64,000 nt of DNA from Candidatus Poriferihabitaceae bacterium (GTDB lineage: Bacteria > Pseudomonadota > Gammaproteobacteria > Arenicellales > Poriferihabitantaceae): NCBI GenBank assembly GCA_965261915.1, contig CBDHDW010000013.1, positions 2,804,561-2,868,560 on the forward strand, written 5' to 3'. How positions within the stretch are numbered: the stretch's first letter is position 1; every line of letters starts with the position of its first letter. A program made the position numbers and the translations under genes. The notes under the pieces were generated by a model. It saw only the letters and a program-made list of their open reading frames with translations. It did no database searches and was not told the origin of the DNA. This document shows, in pieces, positions 21,260 to 31,207 of this stretch.

Positions 21260-21405
21260 ATTGTCGCCCAGTGTGTCGGAGCCTTAATTGCTGGCGGCGT
21301 GTTGTATGTGATTGCCAGTGGTGCGGCAGGCTTCGATTTGGCAGGAGGGTTTGCATCGAACGGCTATGGTGATCATTCGCCTGGAGGCTATTCGATGACG
21401 GCGGT
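21260..21405 (+). pseudogene. aqpZ: aquaporin Z internal fragment
   Basis: [46 protein letters not shown] matches the AqpZ loop region; no start and no NPA boxes. Confidence 0.6.
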
Positions 21406-21544
21406 AAACAGCAGCATCTCATCACTGGCATTTTTTGTCAGCAGTTATGCTGGAATTTCACCTTCTTTATATCGCATGGTTTTATAAGATTCTTGAGAGT
21501 ACCGAGTTCTGCGCTCTGTTTTATTTGCTGTTTAGCGAAACCAG

Positions 21545-21808
21545 TCAAGCGGCAGCTCCGCAACATTTCTTGTATTTCTTCCCGCTTCCGCAGACACACC
21601 GTTCATTTCGCCCGATCTTTGCGGCTTCATGATGGATGGGAGGCGATAGCTTTCTTTCCAGGTCCGTTAGATCCTCTTCCTTGTCCGGTTCAAACCCCAA
21701 AATAAAATGCCAGCCGTTTTCATGACAGGTATTGGCGATCATATCGACTTTTGAGTCATCGGCAACTCTTAAAATCAATGGGTTCTTTTTACTGCCCAGT
21801 TTGGCCAC
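21545..21808 (-). CDS. IS-borne SEC-C motif protein, copy 2
   Basis: Identical 87-aa product to 5307-5570. Confidence 0.7.
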   Translation of the reverse strand: MAKLGSKKNPLILRVADDSKVDMIANTCHENGWHFILGFEPDKEEDLTDLERKLSPPIHHEAAKIGRNERCVCGSGKKYKKCCGAAA

Positions 21809-21836
21809 GATTTTTGCTTGCTTCCCGTTGTAATCA

Positions 21837-22148
21837 CTACGCTTGCTTGAGTTTCATTGATAACTTTGAGTGCTCAATACTCAGCGCCACCCATTGTGCA
21901 TTGAGCTTCTTGAACCGTTTATAGTTACTTATCTGGCCGCGTATATCGCCCACAAATTCCTTGCGAATATACTCCGTCCGGCTCTTCATATCCAGTGTAT
22001 AGCTGACCTGATAATAAGGCCAAGTCTGACTCTCCCGGTCCTTGTATTGCTTCGTCAACGATCCAGGGCGCATAGCGCCCAGTAATGCTATGTCACCTTT
22101 GATCTTTGTCATACGCCGTTCAATTTGTGCGAGCCTTTTCTTTGTCAT
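21837..22148 (-). CDS. IS-borne hypothetical protein, copy 2
   Basis: 103 aa, one substitution relative to 4967-5278. Confidence 0.55.
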   Translation of the reverse strand: MTKKRLAQIERRMTKIKGDIALLGAMRPGSLTKQYKDRESQTWPYYQVSYTLDMKSRTEYIRKEFVGDIRGQISNYKRFKKLNAQWVALSIEHSKLSMKLKQA

Positions 22149-22912
22149 TGATATAGCATATACATGGTATGTTAGTTTGTCAAAAGGACACTGTCTATGC
22201 TGTGGATCTATTGGTGGGATGCAATCATTTATCTTCGCCCGGCTTGCGCTCGTACCCGGACATTTATGTGGTTCGCCGTCTGTGTGGCGGGATTGACGGT
22301 TCGTACCGAACGAATGGGGGTGACGAGTATTGTCCGGGCGCTGGGGTTACAGGGGCGGTTTTATGACAACTTGCTGGATAACTTCCACAGCACCGGCATT
22401 AAGTTGGACTCAATGACGGTATTGTGGTCTCAACTTGTACTTCGACTGTTCCCTGGTCTGGTTCGAGTGAATGGCCGACTCGTGTTGGTGGGGGACGGCA
22501 TTAAGGTCTCCAAACAGGGCAAAAAGATGCCTGCTGTGAAGCTGCTACATCAGGAATCCGAGTCAAATACCAAAGCGGAGTACATCATGGGACACTCCTT
22601 TCAGGCCGTCTCTATTCTTTCTCGTGCCGCCAATAGCGTGTTCGCTGTGCCGCTTGCCGCGAGGATTCATGAGGGGACCGTGTTATCGAATCGTGACCGG
22701 CGTACCCTGCTCGACAAAATGATCAGTCTACTGGCGATAGTCAGTATTCAGGAGCCGTATTATTTTGTCGCCGACGCCTATTATGCCAGCCAGAAAGTCG
22801 TTAATGGGCTTTTGAATGAGGGGAATCATTTGGTCACCCGCGCCAGATCAAATGCGGTTGCCTACCAGCTGCATCATCAGCAACAGCCGAAAAAAAGAGG
22901 GCGGCCACGTAA

Positions 22913-24458
22913 TTAGTCAGCCCTTAAAAACCGACCTAACAAGTAAAAATATATTTCAAGCGGCAGCTCAGCGAACATGAGTCAACCTTGAATCAAATGG
23001 ACCAAGGGCTTTTTACCAAAAATATGGACAAAACGTGCTTTTTTAAGCCATAAATAGCAGACGTGACAAAAAACCAGCCACTTTCTCAAATTCCAGGCGC
23101 AAGCAGCCATTAAAGCATTGATTTCATCGCCAACTTGTCCTTTAAGCCTGTTTCTGGATAACCTAAAATCGGATTTCAAATGCCCAATAATGGGTTCTAT
23201 GGCAGCCCGTCGCTTACACAATTTGCGTTTCTTATCTCTTTGATAACGATTGTCTTTTTTCAGGGCTTTGCTGGGCAGGATAATGTCCGTATCGCCCACT
23301 TGTTTAACCCCACAATAGCCTCTGTCGCAGACCGCTTGTTTGATGGGTTTTGTTCTGTTGCTATTGGCTTGTTTTATCGCATCGGGTAGGGTTTTTGCAT
23401 CATGCTGGTTTTTCTTATGGCTGACAACGCCGACAATGATGTTACTGTCTTTGCCCGAGACGATGGATACTTTGTTGCCGTATTCATAGCGTTTGTGGTC
23501 TTTGCCTTTAGAAATCACATAAGCATGGGGTTCGTGCAGGGAATAAATTTTGTTTTTGTCTTTGGGTTGTTGTGCCAACACCCGTTGATAGAGCAAGAAG
23601 TCTGGTTGATAGGTTTCAAGCAGTCCGTGTTGGGGTAGTTTTCTTTGTAGTTCTCGGATTAAAATATGAGCAATGGTTCGCAATCGTTTCAATGCCTTTT
23701 TAGCGGATGCGCGCTTTTTAACATGGCGGAAGTGGCGAATGCGTAAGCGGCAGTTTTTAACTTCTTTTACGAAGGTTCTGCGTTGTTTGATGCCCTGTTT
23801 TTTCGCCAATTTGTTGAGACGGTTGATAATTTTGATGGCTAGTTTAGAATCAGTCGGATAGGTGATGTTTTTTTCCTGTTTTTCCCTTCTCTACAGGGGT
23901 GTCAATCAAAACAGTGTTTTCATTGGCTTTTTTGCCGTGCAACATCACACTCATCTTAAAAATGAGTTCAAAACCGGCGACACCGATTCTGTTTCTAAAA
24001 TGCACCAGTTCGGTTGCATTGCAAGGCACGTTTGGGGTGTAGGTTGGATAACCGCAGAAGTATTGATAATACGGATTACGCTTGAACTGTAAGACCACAT
24101 TCTCATCGGACAGGTTTTCCAGTTGTTTGAGCATCAGTAACCCGACCATTAAGCGTATTGGTTTTGAGGGTCTGCCGTTATCGTGGCAATAGTGTTTGCT
24201 AAATGCATCCTCGAAGACCTTCCAGTCGATGACGTTGGCTAATTGGATTAAAGGGTCTCGTGGGTCTAATTGAGAGAACAGCTCGGTATGAAACAGATTT
24301 TGTTGCCCTGTGTTTGGGGTAGATGGAGTCAGCATAATTTTTTAACTAAAACGACCAGAAAACAACGGTTATTCTAACATAAAGCGGTTGATTTGGTTAA
24401 TGGTTTTGTTTGTTTTATTGATATAAATCAAACTGTTTAGATGTTTTTAAGGGCTGAC
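22913..24458 (-). mobile_element. IS5/IS1182-type insertion sequence nested in the transposase gene
   Basis: 16-bp perfect terminal IR GTCAGCCCTTAAAAAC; junctions fit either a 3-bp TAA duplication (22910-12 / 24459-61) or 19-bp IRs with no duplication. Confidence 0.85.
22982..24335 (-). pseudogene. IS5-family transposase with a frame break at an A-rich run
   Basis: ORF 23850-24335 (N-terminal DUF772-like LFSQLDPRDPL...) ends VLIDTPVEKGKTGKKHHLSD*. Shifting one frame reads QEKNITYPTDSKLAIKIINRLNKLAKKQGIKQRR and joins ORF 22982-23809, which carries CDRGY...EPIIGHLK. Confidence 0.8.
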
Positions 24459-25391
24459 TAAGTATGGTGACAAGGTAAAACCAAGATCACTGTTTGGGTT
24501 GGTCGCATTGATGGAGGAGGCTCAAAGCCCTGTCTATGGCGAAAAAAACGTAGCTATCCGATACGCAGTCCATGATTTATTATGGAGACCGACCGGCAGT
24601 ATTGTTCGGTTTGTCATTGTCGTTCACCCAACGAGGGGACGCTGTATACTCATGTCTACTGATACGTCATTATCGGCCCTCGATATCATTCACCTCTACG
24701 GTCTGCGATTTAAAATAGAGCATGCCTTCAAGCAGGCGGTTCATGTTATCGGTTCTTTTTCATACCATTTCTGGATGAGCGTAATGAAGCCATTGGAGCG
24801 ACGCAATGGTAATCAGCACCTTCACCGGGAATCAAAAAAATATCGCGATGGCGTCAAGCGAAAACTGAAGGCTTATCACGTCTTTGTACACGCGGGGATT
24901 GTTGCTCAAGGGCTACTTCATTACCTGGCATCTTGCCACACTCGGCTAGTCTGGAACTCTTTTGGCTCTTGGCTTCGAACGATCCGGCCCGGTCTAGCTC
25001 CGTCCGAGTTGGTGGTTGCCACTGCGCTACGCAGCAGCCTCCCGCATTTTCTCCTGGATACGGATTCTCGTACAAACTTCGCGAAATTCATCACGCAACG
25101 GCAAGACCTTGATAGAATGGCGCTATTTAGGCTTGTGTCATGAGACTAACTCGGTACTCATGAGTAAGATTGATCAGGTTAAAAATAAAGAATCCGGTTT
25201 CATAGGGAGGCGAGCTCGCCACCTTTTATAGCAGATATAACGGTTAATTGGTCTCAATCATTGGCGATTTGCTCATAGCATCGATCTTCTGGCACGACAA
25301 TTTCATGGTATAACCAGCGGGATGTAATCGAATGTATGTGACGCAATGGACGTGTTTTTCTCCATGTTAGATGTCAGTTGAGGTGACGAAG

Positions 25392-26552
25392 ATGAGCAGG
25401 TTATTACATTTTAGCGAAGAAGAACTCAAAGCACGGCAGAGTGAAACCTGTCGAAGGATGATGGCCGAAGGGCTGGATGGGTTGTTGTTATTTCGACAGG
25501 AGAGTATGTACTACCTGACGGGTTACGATACCAGTGGATATACCCTGTTTCAGGCTGGCTATATCGGTGCCGATGGTAAAACAGCATTACTGACCAGAAC
25601 AGCTGACCGGCTTCAATCCCGGATGACGTCTATTTTTGATGAAATTCGAATCTGGGTGGACGGTGACGGAGTTGACCCCTCAACTGATTTGCGCATGATG
25701 TTGCAGGACCTGGGTTGTGCGGGTAAACAACTCGGTGTCGAGTATCACGCCTACGGATTAACTGGACAAAGGGCAAAAATGGTGGATGCCGGACTGGAAG
25801 GGCTTTGTGAATTAAGGGATGCTTCCGATCTGGTTGGTATACAACGACTGGTTAAAAGCCCGGCAGAACTCGCGTATGTTCGAAAGGCGGGCGAGTTGTG
25901 TGATCGTATTCTGGACGTCAGCATTGAAAAGACCAAGCCCGGTGTCAATGTGAAATCGGTGTATGGTGCAATGATGCAGGCCGCTATGGAGGGTGGTGGT
26001 GATCCGTCTGCTTCGAGATGGCCCATGGGATCGGGGGAATCAGCAATGTTTGCACGTTATCACACTGGTGACGAAACAATTAAAGAAACGGATCAGATTA
26101 TTTTCGAACCTGCGGCAGCTTTTCGGCATTACCATGCCTGCACGATGTATAACATTGTTACTGGAAAACCTGATACTACCCAGATTGCGATGAATCATGC
26201 TGCCGGGGCGGCAATCGATGCCTGTCAGGATGCGCTGAGACCAGGGAAAACCGTCGGTGAAATTTTTCATATCCACAAAAAAACCATCGAAGAATGCGGC
26301 TATGGCAATGCTGCACTTGCTGCCTGCGGCTATACGCTGGGTGCGACTTACCCTCCAACCTGGATGGACTGGCCAATGATGTGGGCCGGGAATCCGCAAG
26401 TGCTGGAAGCGGGCATGGTGTTTTTTCTGCACATGATATTACTGGATCAGGATTCGGGTCGTAGTATGTGTATTGGTGAAACCGCAATGGTTACGGAAGA
26501 CGCATGTGAGCGGGTAAACCACATCCCGCGGGAAGTGATCGTTGTTGAGTGA
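25392..26552 (+). CDS. M24-family metallopeptidase (Xaa-Pro peptidase/creatinase-like)
   Basis: Creatinase/prolidase-type N-domain (GLDGLLLFRQESMYYLTGYD) plus pita-bread C-domain; ATG 25392 has a GAGGTG SD-like sequence, track start is 25371. Confidence 0.75.
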   Translation: MSRLLHFSEEELKARQSETCRRMMAEGLDGLLLFRQESMYYLTGYDTSGYTLFQAGYIGADGKTALLTRTADRLQSRMTSIFDEIRIWVDGDGVDPSTDLRMMLQDLGCAGKQLGVEYHAYGLTGQRAKMVDAGLEGLCELRDASDLVGIQRLVKSPAELAYVRKAGELCDRILDVSIEKTKPGVNVKSVYGAMMQAAMEGGGDPSASRWPMGSGESAMFARYHTGDETIKETDQIIFEPAAAFRHYHACTMYNIVTGKPDTTQIAMNHAAGAAIDACQDALRPGKTVGEIFHIHKKTIEECGYGNAALAACGYTLGATYPPTWMDWPMMWAGNPQVLEAGMVFFLHMILLDQDSGRSMCIGETAMVTEDACERVNHIPREVIVVE

Positions 26553-26559
26553 CCGTATT

Positions 26560-26820
26560 GTTGGTTTGGACTATTTGACGATTTGAACCGGGTGTACGGC
26601 GGGATGTTTACGCTCGGGATTCAGCGCATTCGCCAGGCGTTAACCGTTTTAGGGTCATCAATCATTGACTTATCTGAAACACCGCATCACCAATGCGACC
26701 GCAGAAGGATTTAATTCAAAGATTCAATCCATAAAATCGGCTGCCAGAGAATTTAGAAACTTCGAAAACTATCGCGTTTCAATTCTGTTTCATTGTGGAA
26801 AACTTAATCTATACTCATAG
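26560..26820 (+). pseudogene. ISL3-family transposase C-terminal fragment
   Basis: HRITNATAEGFNSKIQSIKSAAREFRNFENYRVSILFHCGKLNLYS* is the conserved ISL3 C-terminus; upstream part is broken. Confidence 0.6.
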
Positions 26821-26901
26821 GGTTGCCGGTAGAACCAAATGATCTGAAAAACGGTGTCTTGCAGGTGCAATCGAAACCGAAAAGCAGACCTAAAACTCGA
26901 C

Positions 26902-27159
26902 TTAATGGCTGATTTGGCGCAATGATTTTTCCAGAATATCCAGTCCTTCATGGATGATGTTATCCGATGCGGTCAGCGGGACTAATATGCGAATGGTATG
27001 GGCGAATATGCCGCATGATAACAACACCAAACCATTTTTCTCCGCCGCCTTAATTAAGCCTGCGGTCATTGCCGCATCCGGCTTGTTGGTTGTGCGATCT
27101 TGGATTAGTTCAAGCGCCACCATTGCGCCGAGTCCGCCAAACCCGCTGTATGAGTCCAC
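26902..27159 (-). pseudogene. class III (GabT-like) aminotransferase, C-terminal 85 aa only
   Basis: GLGAMVALELI...LLSCGIFAHTIRILVPLTASDNIIHEGLDILEKSL is the typical C-terminal segment; no N-terminal/PLP part. Confidence 0.55.
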
Positions 27160-27202
27160 CCTGATGGCTCTTTTTGTGATTTTCGTCTTTTTCGTGGTCA
27201 GG

Positions 27203-27775
27203 TTAATTGTGCTTTGCGAATGGTTTTGCTACGGCATTCATGTGCTTGACGGTTGACGGCGCAATGCCAAAATGTTCGGCCACGGCGATGCCGTGATTCT
27301 GTAATATCATCTTGATTAAGGCGAAATGATGTAGCGCATGACTGTGCAGAAAAACAAGCTCTCGTTGCAAAGTGGAATCGACTTCAATGGCGGTGGATTG
27401 CGCCACGGAAGTGCTACAACTCACCTTGACTTTTCGGTTCGACAAGTCCCCATTCGTGGTTGATTCAAGGTTTTTCAACTGCAGGCAAACTTGGTCAATT
27501 TTTTGGCGGGCGATGGGCAAATTTGATTCATACTGTTGCTCCCGACTACGGTTATCGTAAGCGATTTTATTGCCGGTCACGCCGTTTGTTATGTCGCTCT
27601 TCATGCCATTGATAAGACAGAGATAATGATCGATGATATGGCGAATATGCTTGCCGATGGAAGCAGAGTGCGTACCAATAGGGCGGCGGTATTGTTCCGC
27701 CGTAATATAATCCAACACCGCACAACCCTGTTTCAAGGTATGGATATTGTGTGCAACCAATTCAGTAGTGGACAA
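27203..27775 (-). CDS. DinB-family (four-helix, His-triad) protein
   Basis: IGKHIRHIIDHY and FLHSHALHHFALI histidine motifs; 190 aa. Confidence 0.45.
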   Translation of the reverse strand: MSTTELVAHNIHTLKQGCAVLDYITAEQYRRPIGTHSASIGKHIRHIIDHYLCLINGMKSDITNGVTGNKIAYDNRSREQQYESNLPIARQKIDQVCLQLKNLESTTNGDLSNRKVKVSCSTSVAQSTAIEVDSTLQRELVFLHSHALHHFALIKMILQNHGIAVAEHFGIAPSTVKHMNAVAKPFAKHN

Positions 27776-27857
27776 CGGTTTTATTTGAACTTGATTGGAG
27801 TTTGCAATGAACGGGCGGTATTATAACCGGACGTGAAATAATTTTCGTGTAAAAGGC

Positions 27858-28400
27858 TCACTTTGTAATATCTTCATCACCAATTTTATGCTCCCAATTT
27901 TGCTTTGCCGACAGATGCTTTTTGTTCCATTTCGATACCCCGACAACAGGCTTCTCAAACGTCATTTTGGTCAGTCCTGCCACATGTAAATCTTCAATTT
28001 TCTTTGGGTTATTGGTTAATAATCGCATCGGTCGGTTGCCGAGGAAATATGAAATCAAGGCGGCTGCATCAGTGAAATCTCGCGAGTCGGCAGGAAGCCC
28101 CAAAGACTCATTCGTCTGCTAGGTGTTTTCTCCCGCATCCTGTACAGACAGGTTGCTGCCTTTGCCCATAAACCGATGCCACGCCCTTCATGTCCCGCCA
28201 TAATAGACAATCATCCCGCCGCTCGGTTCCGCGCCAATGTGACTGATGGCAGATTCGAGTTGCGGGCCACATTCGCAACGTTCAGAGCCGAATACATCAC
28301 CAGTTAAGCAGCTTGAATGAACCCGCACCAAAGGCGCGTCTGAATTAGCAGGATCGCCAATCATTTGAACACTATTGACCGCCATAGAGGGGGCTTGCAC
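27858..28400 (-). pseudogene. ribA: GTP cyclohydrolase II, 5'-truncated and frameshifted
   Basis: [25 protein letters not shown] (zinc site) in ORF 28188-28400 and LLTNNPKKIEDL in ORF 27858-28103, in different frames; the N-terminus is cut at the island edge. Confidence 0.65.
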
Positions 28401-28486
28401 GGTCTCTTCCGCAGGAATGACGAGGGGTTAGCCGTGGCGTTATTTTCGTCATCCTTAATAATGTTGCTCCGCACCGGTAAGATTAT

Positions 28487-28514
28487 AAAGCCGACCAGCC
28501 ATCTGGTCGGCTTT
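28487..28514 (-). terminator. hairpin downstream of the ATPase-Toprim gene
   Basis: Perfect 12-bp stem AAAGCCGACCAG / CTGGTCGGCTTT with loop CCAT, followed on the minus strand by TTTATAAT. Confidence 0.5.
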
Positions 28515-28519
28515 ATAAT

Positions 28520-30205
28520 TTATCTTAGATGAGAAAATATACTATCAAGCGTTTCTTTCATCTCATCATTTAACTGCTTATTGTCAAGATATTCAACTAA
28601 TAGATAAAATTTTGATTTATCCATTGTGTTTCTCGGTTGATTGGTTTCGTCTAAAAATTGCTCGAAAATTTTGCTGAGAAAATCGCTCATTTTATTGTCT
28701 ATCCAAAAATTATCTGCTGGATTCTCATAAGCAACAGGCGGTATATTGCCTTTTAGAATACGCTCTAATTCTGCTGGATGAGTGTGCGAAATTAAATCAT
28801 TGGCATTAGATTGATTGTTGATGTAGTTCATCAATGTGCTGGGCATGGGAATGTAGTTTTCTATTTCATTACGCTGCCATTGATACATTTTAAGGTCATT
28901 TGGAACATCTTGAAAATCCTTATCCAATTTATCAAATAAAGCAAACCCTTTTAGGTGCGGCAGGTATTGCTTCAAGGCAGAAAAGTGTTTTTTTGCTTTG
29001 CCTATATCATTACCATCAAGCGGAAAAGGATAGAGAGTTGTATTTAATTGTTCAAGGTATTCCTGCTTGTCTAATTTTTGACAAAATGCGCGTATAAATG
29101 CTAAATCAGTCGAGCCTTCATAATATAAGATGAAGGGTCTTTGTTTGGCTAACAAGTATTGTTCATAAGGATATTCCGATAAAAAGGCTTTAATAGATCT
29201 CGTGGTTTCTTTTTCAAACCGGCCCGACATAGAGGAAACAATCAGATCATCTTTAGCGGCATTAAGCACACTTTCTGAATGGCTGGCGATAATTAACTGG
29301 CTGTTATTGCATTTAGCAAAATCGCTTAAACTGTGATAGATGTTGGCTTGCTTAATCACTTCAAGGTGAGCGTCAGGCTCATCGAGTAAGTTAATGGTAT
29401 TTTTGAATGCGCCTAAATAGGCAAACAGTAAAATGGTTTGTTTCGCTCCGCTACCAAGGGCAGAAAGCGACATTTTTTTATTGGCCGCTTCATTATAACT
29501 AAGCTCCAACAAACCACTATTTGGATGATACTTGGGCGTATTTAACTCAATGGCAAATAAATCCTGAACCCTTTTGACCAATTCATCCCAGCCTAGTTTG
29601 TTATTTTCATACAAGTGATAACAAATATTTCGCAACACAGTGGCAGTTTGCCCCTCACTAATACGGCGAAGAATAGAGCCGGTCTCTAACTTGTCTTCTT
29701 TCGGACTAAGCCCAGATATAGAAGGTAAAAAACCAATATTTTCGTTGTGTAAAACAGGCTCAAACTCATAACCATCGATGAGTTTGGTATAAATGAGGCT
29801 ATCGCGCTGATAACTAAATTCAAAACCCACTTGCCATCGCTTTGTTTCCTGCGTTTGGCTATAAGTTTCACCGGCAGCATGGATTTCTATCTTGATGGGT
29901 TTGGTACCTTTTTTCTTTGCTTCACCTTGCCTGGTTTTAGTATTTTGCCATAATTCCTTAAACTCGGCGGCGGGTATGTTTATATCGCTCAAATTTATAG
30001 CAACACCCGTGCGTAGATTTTTTTTAGTAGGATTATCAAGACGTTTTTCAGCCCATACCTTGATTGCCATTGCCAATAGTGAAAATGCCTGCAACAAACT
30101 GGTCTTACCGCTATTATTAGGACCCACCAAAACTACTACTGGTTCAAGGTCTATGGTTTCATCAGCAATTTGTTTATAACCTTTAATCCTAATTTGGGTA
30201 ATCAT
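28520..30205 (-). CDS. ABC/AAA ATPase fused to a Toprim-like (DUF4435/OLD-type) domain; OLD- or PARIS-like single-protein candidate
   Basis: Walker A GPNNSGKTS, signature LSALGSGAKQ, Walker B INLLDEPDAHLE, ASHS; C-terminal FILYYEGSTDLAFIRAF and ALFDKLDKD resemble a Toprim Glu and DxD. Confidence 0.65.
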   Translation of the reverse strand: MITQIRIKGYKQIADETIDLEPVVVLVGPNNSGKTSLLQAFSLLAMAIKVWAEKRLDNPTKKNLRTGVAINLSDINIPAAEFKELWQNTKTRQGEAKKKGTKPIKIEIHAAGETYSQTQETKRWQVGFEFSYQRDSLIYTKLIDGYEFEPVLHNENIGFLPSISGLSPKEDKLETGSILRRISEGQTATVLRNICYHLYENNKLGWDELVKRVQDLFAIELNTPKYHPNSGLLELSYNEAANKKMSLSALGSGAKQTILLFAYLGAFKNTINLLDEPDAHLEVIKQANIYHSLSDFAKCNNSQLIIASHSESVLNAAKDDLIVSSMSGRFEKETTRSIKAFLSEYPYEQYLLAKQRPFILYYEGSTDLAFIRAFCQKLDKQEYLEQLNTTLYPFPLDGNDIGKAKKHFSALKQYLPHLKGFALFDKLDKDFQDVPNDLKMYQWQRNEIENYIPMPSTLMNYINNQSNANDLISHTHPAELERILKGNIPPVAYENPADNFWIDNKMSDFLSKIFEQFLDETNQPRNTMDKSKFYLLVEYLDNKQLNDEMKETLDSIFSHLR

Positions 30206-30265
30206 TTTAATCTTTCCATCCTGTTTATCTAATCATCGGTAAGGGCGTAGAGTTTATAACCTGGC

Positions 30266-30487
30266 TCATCTATTTGGGTTTTCGGTTGGCTTTTCGGTTT
30301 TGTCGTTCGGCTTGGGCATATCATCTGGCAGGATACGCACTACTTTTTCGCCGTCCCAAACAACGGCATATTGTCCTAGCCTGCGCTTTTTTTCTAAAGC
30401 CGCCGCCACGCTTCTATTAAGGGCTTCTGCTATTTGTTGCGCCTTTTTTTCCATGTCTTTGATGGTTGGTTTATCTGATGGCTTCAT
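30266..30487 (-). CDS. small charged protein coupled to the zeta-like kinase (possible cognate antitoxin)
   Basis: 73 aa; ATGA start/stop overlap with the upstream gene (30484-30487). Confidence 0.45.
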   Translation of the reverse strand: MKPSDKPTIKDMEKKAQQIAEALNRSVAAALEKKRRLGQYAVVWDGEKVVRILPDDMPKPNDKTEKPTENPNR

Positions 30488-31062
30488 GTGCGGGCACGCT
30501 CTATAATGGTTTGATAAATGATTTTATTCTGAATGATTATACCCTGCTGTGTTTGAGTGAAAATAACCTTCTCCTGCTTTTGCGAATTATCCAAACACAA
30601 TACGCTATCACATAGTGGCGCATAGTGATGGACAAGATTATTGATGCTTCTGGGATAGCGTCTGGCAATAGAGGTTAGCGCAATATCATGTCCACCATGC
30701 TTAACTCTTTCTGCAACCCGCTCAATAGATAATTGCACGCTCGGCAAGTAGAGATAAATCAGATCAACAAACCAGCCATCTGCCTGTAATTGACGAATGA
30801 GCTTCAAATAACTCCTGCCCGATAAAGTAGTTTCAAAGGCGAAATTTCGCTTACGCGCAACGGCTTGTTTAATTTGCTGTAGAAACAGGCGGTTGGCGGT
30901 TATTTGTTGCTGGGTTGGATCCAGGGGCGACAAACCAACAGCGATTAAGTCGGCGTTAATAAAATACTTGCAAGCTACATTGTTCGCCAGATAATCGAGT
31001 GCAAAAGTTGTTTTACCCGAGCCATTGACCCCGCCAATAATGGTGCAAATGGGCTTGATCAT
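30484..31062 (-). CDS. zeta-toxin-like P-loop kinase
   Basis: 192 aa, Walker A GGVNGSGKTT near the N-terminus, FINADL..., FETTLSG, RVKHGGHDI pattern typical of zeta/AAA_33-type kinases. Confidence 0.7.
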   Translation of the reverse strand: MIKPICTIIGGVNGSGKTTFALDYLANNVACKYFINADLIAVGLSPLDPTQQQITANRLFLQQIKQAVARKRNFAFETTLSGRSYLKLIRQLQADGWFVDLIYLYLPSVQLSIERVAERVKHGGHDIALTSIARRYPRSINNLVHHYAPLCDSVLCLDNSQKQEKVIFTQTQQGIIIQNKIIYQTIIERART

Positions 31063-31207
31063 GTCGAATCCTTAATAACACCAATCTCATCGGTAAGGTC
31101 ATAAAGCTGATAAATCATTTGGTCGATGTGGGTTTTCAGTGTGTGCGTGTATTAGGTTTGTATGAGCCGTAATAATTAGAATATTAAATGGTAATAATCC
31201 TGTTGGT

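Larger units (their letters stand above)
22197..25143 (+). pseudogene. DDE transposase of IS copy 2, split by a nested IS
   Basis: N-terminal 238 codons (22197-22912) and C-terminal part (24462-25143) join to reproduce the 465-aa protein of copy 1. Confidence 0.9.
21492..25164. mobile_element. 2.1-kb IS, copy 2 (inverted relative to copy 1), disrupted by a nested IS
   Basis: Collinear with the reverse complement of 3500-5623 apart from a few substitutions and a 1549-bp insertion; flanked by 7-bp direct repeat TAAGATT (21485-21491 and 25165-25171). Confidence 0.9.

Noticed and set aside
3500-25164. Composite transposon formed by the two IS copies
   Set aside because: The bracketed DNA contains ilvC/ilvY and other core-type genes. 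Copy 2 has its own 7-bp target duplication, and no shared outer duplication exists. Independent insertions are more likely.
28520-30205. Gabija GajA
   Set aside because: The domain layout is similar, but there is no adjacent UvrD-like GajB. The neighbours are a terminator hairpin and an unrelated cassette.
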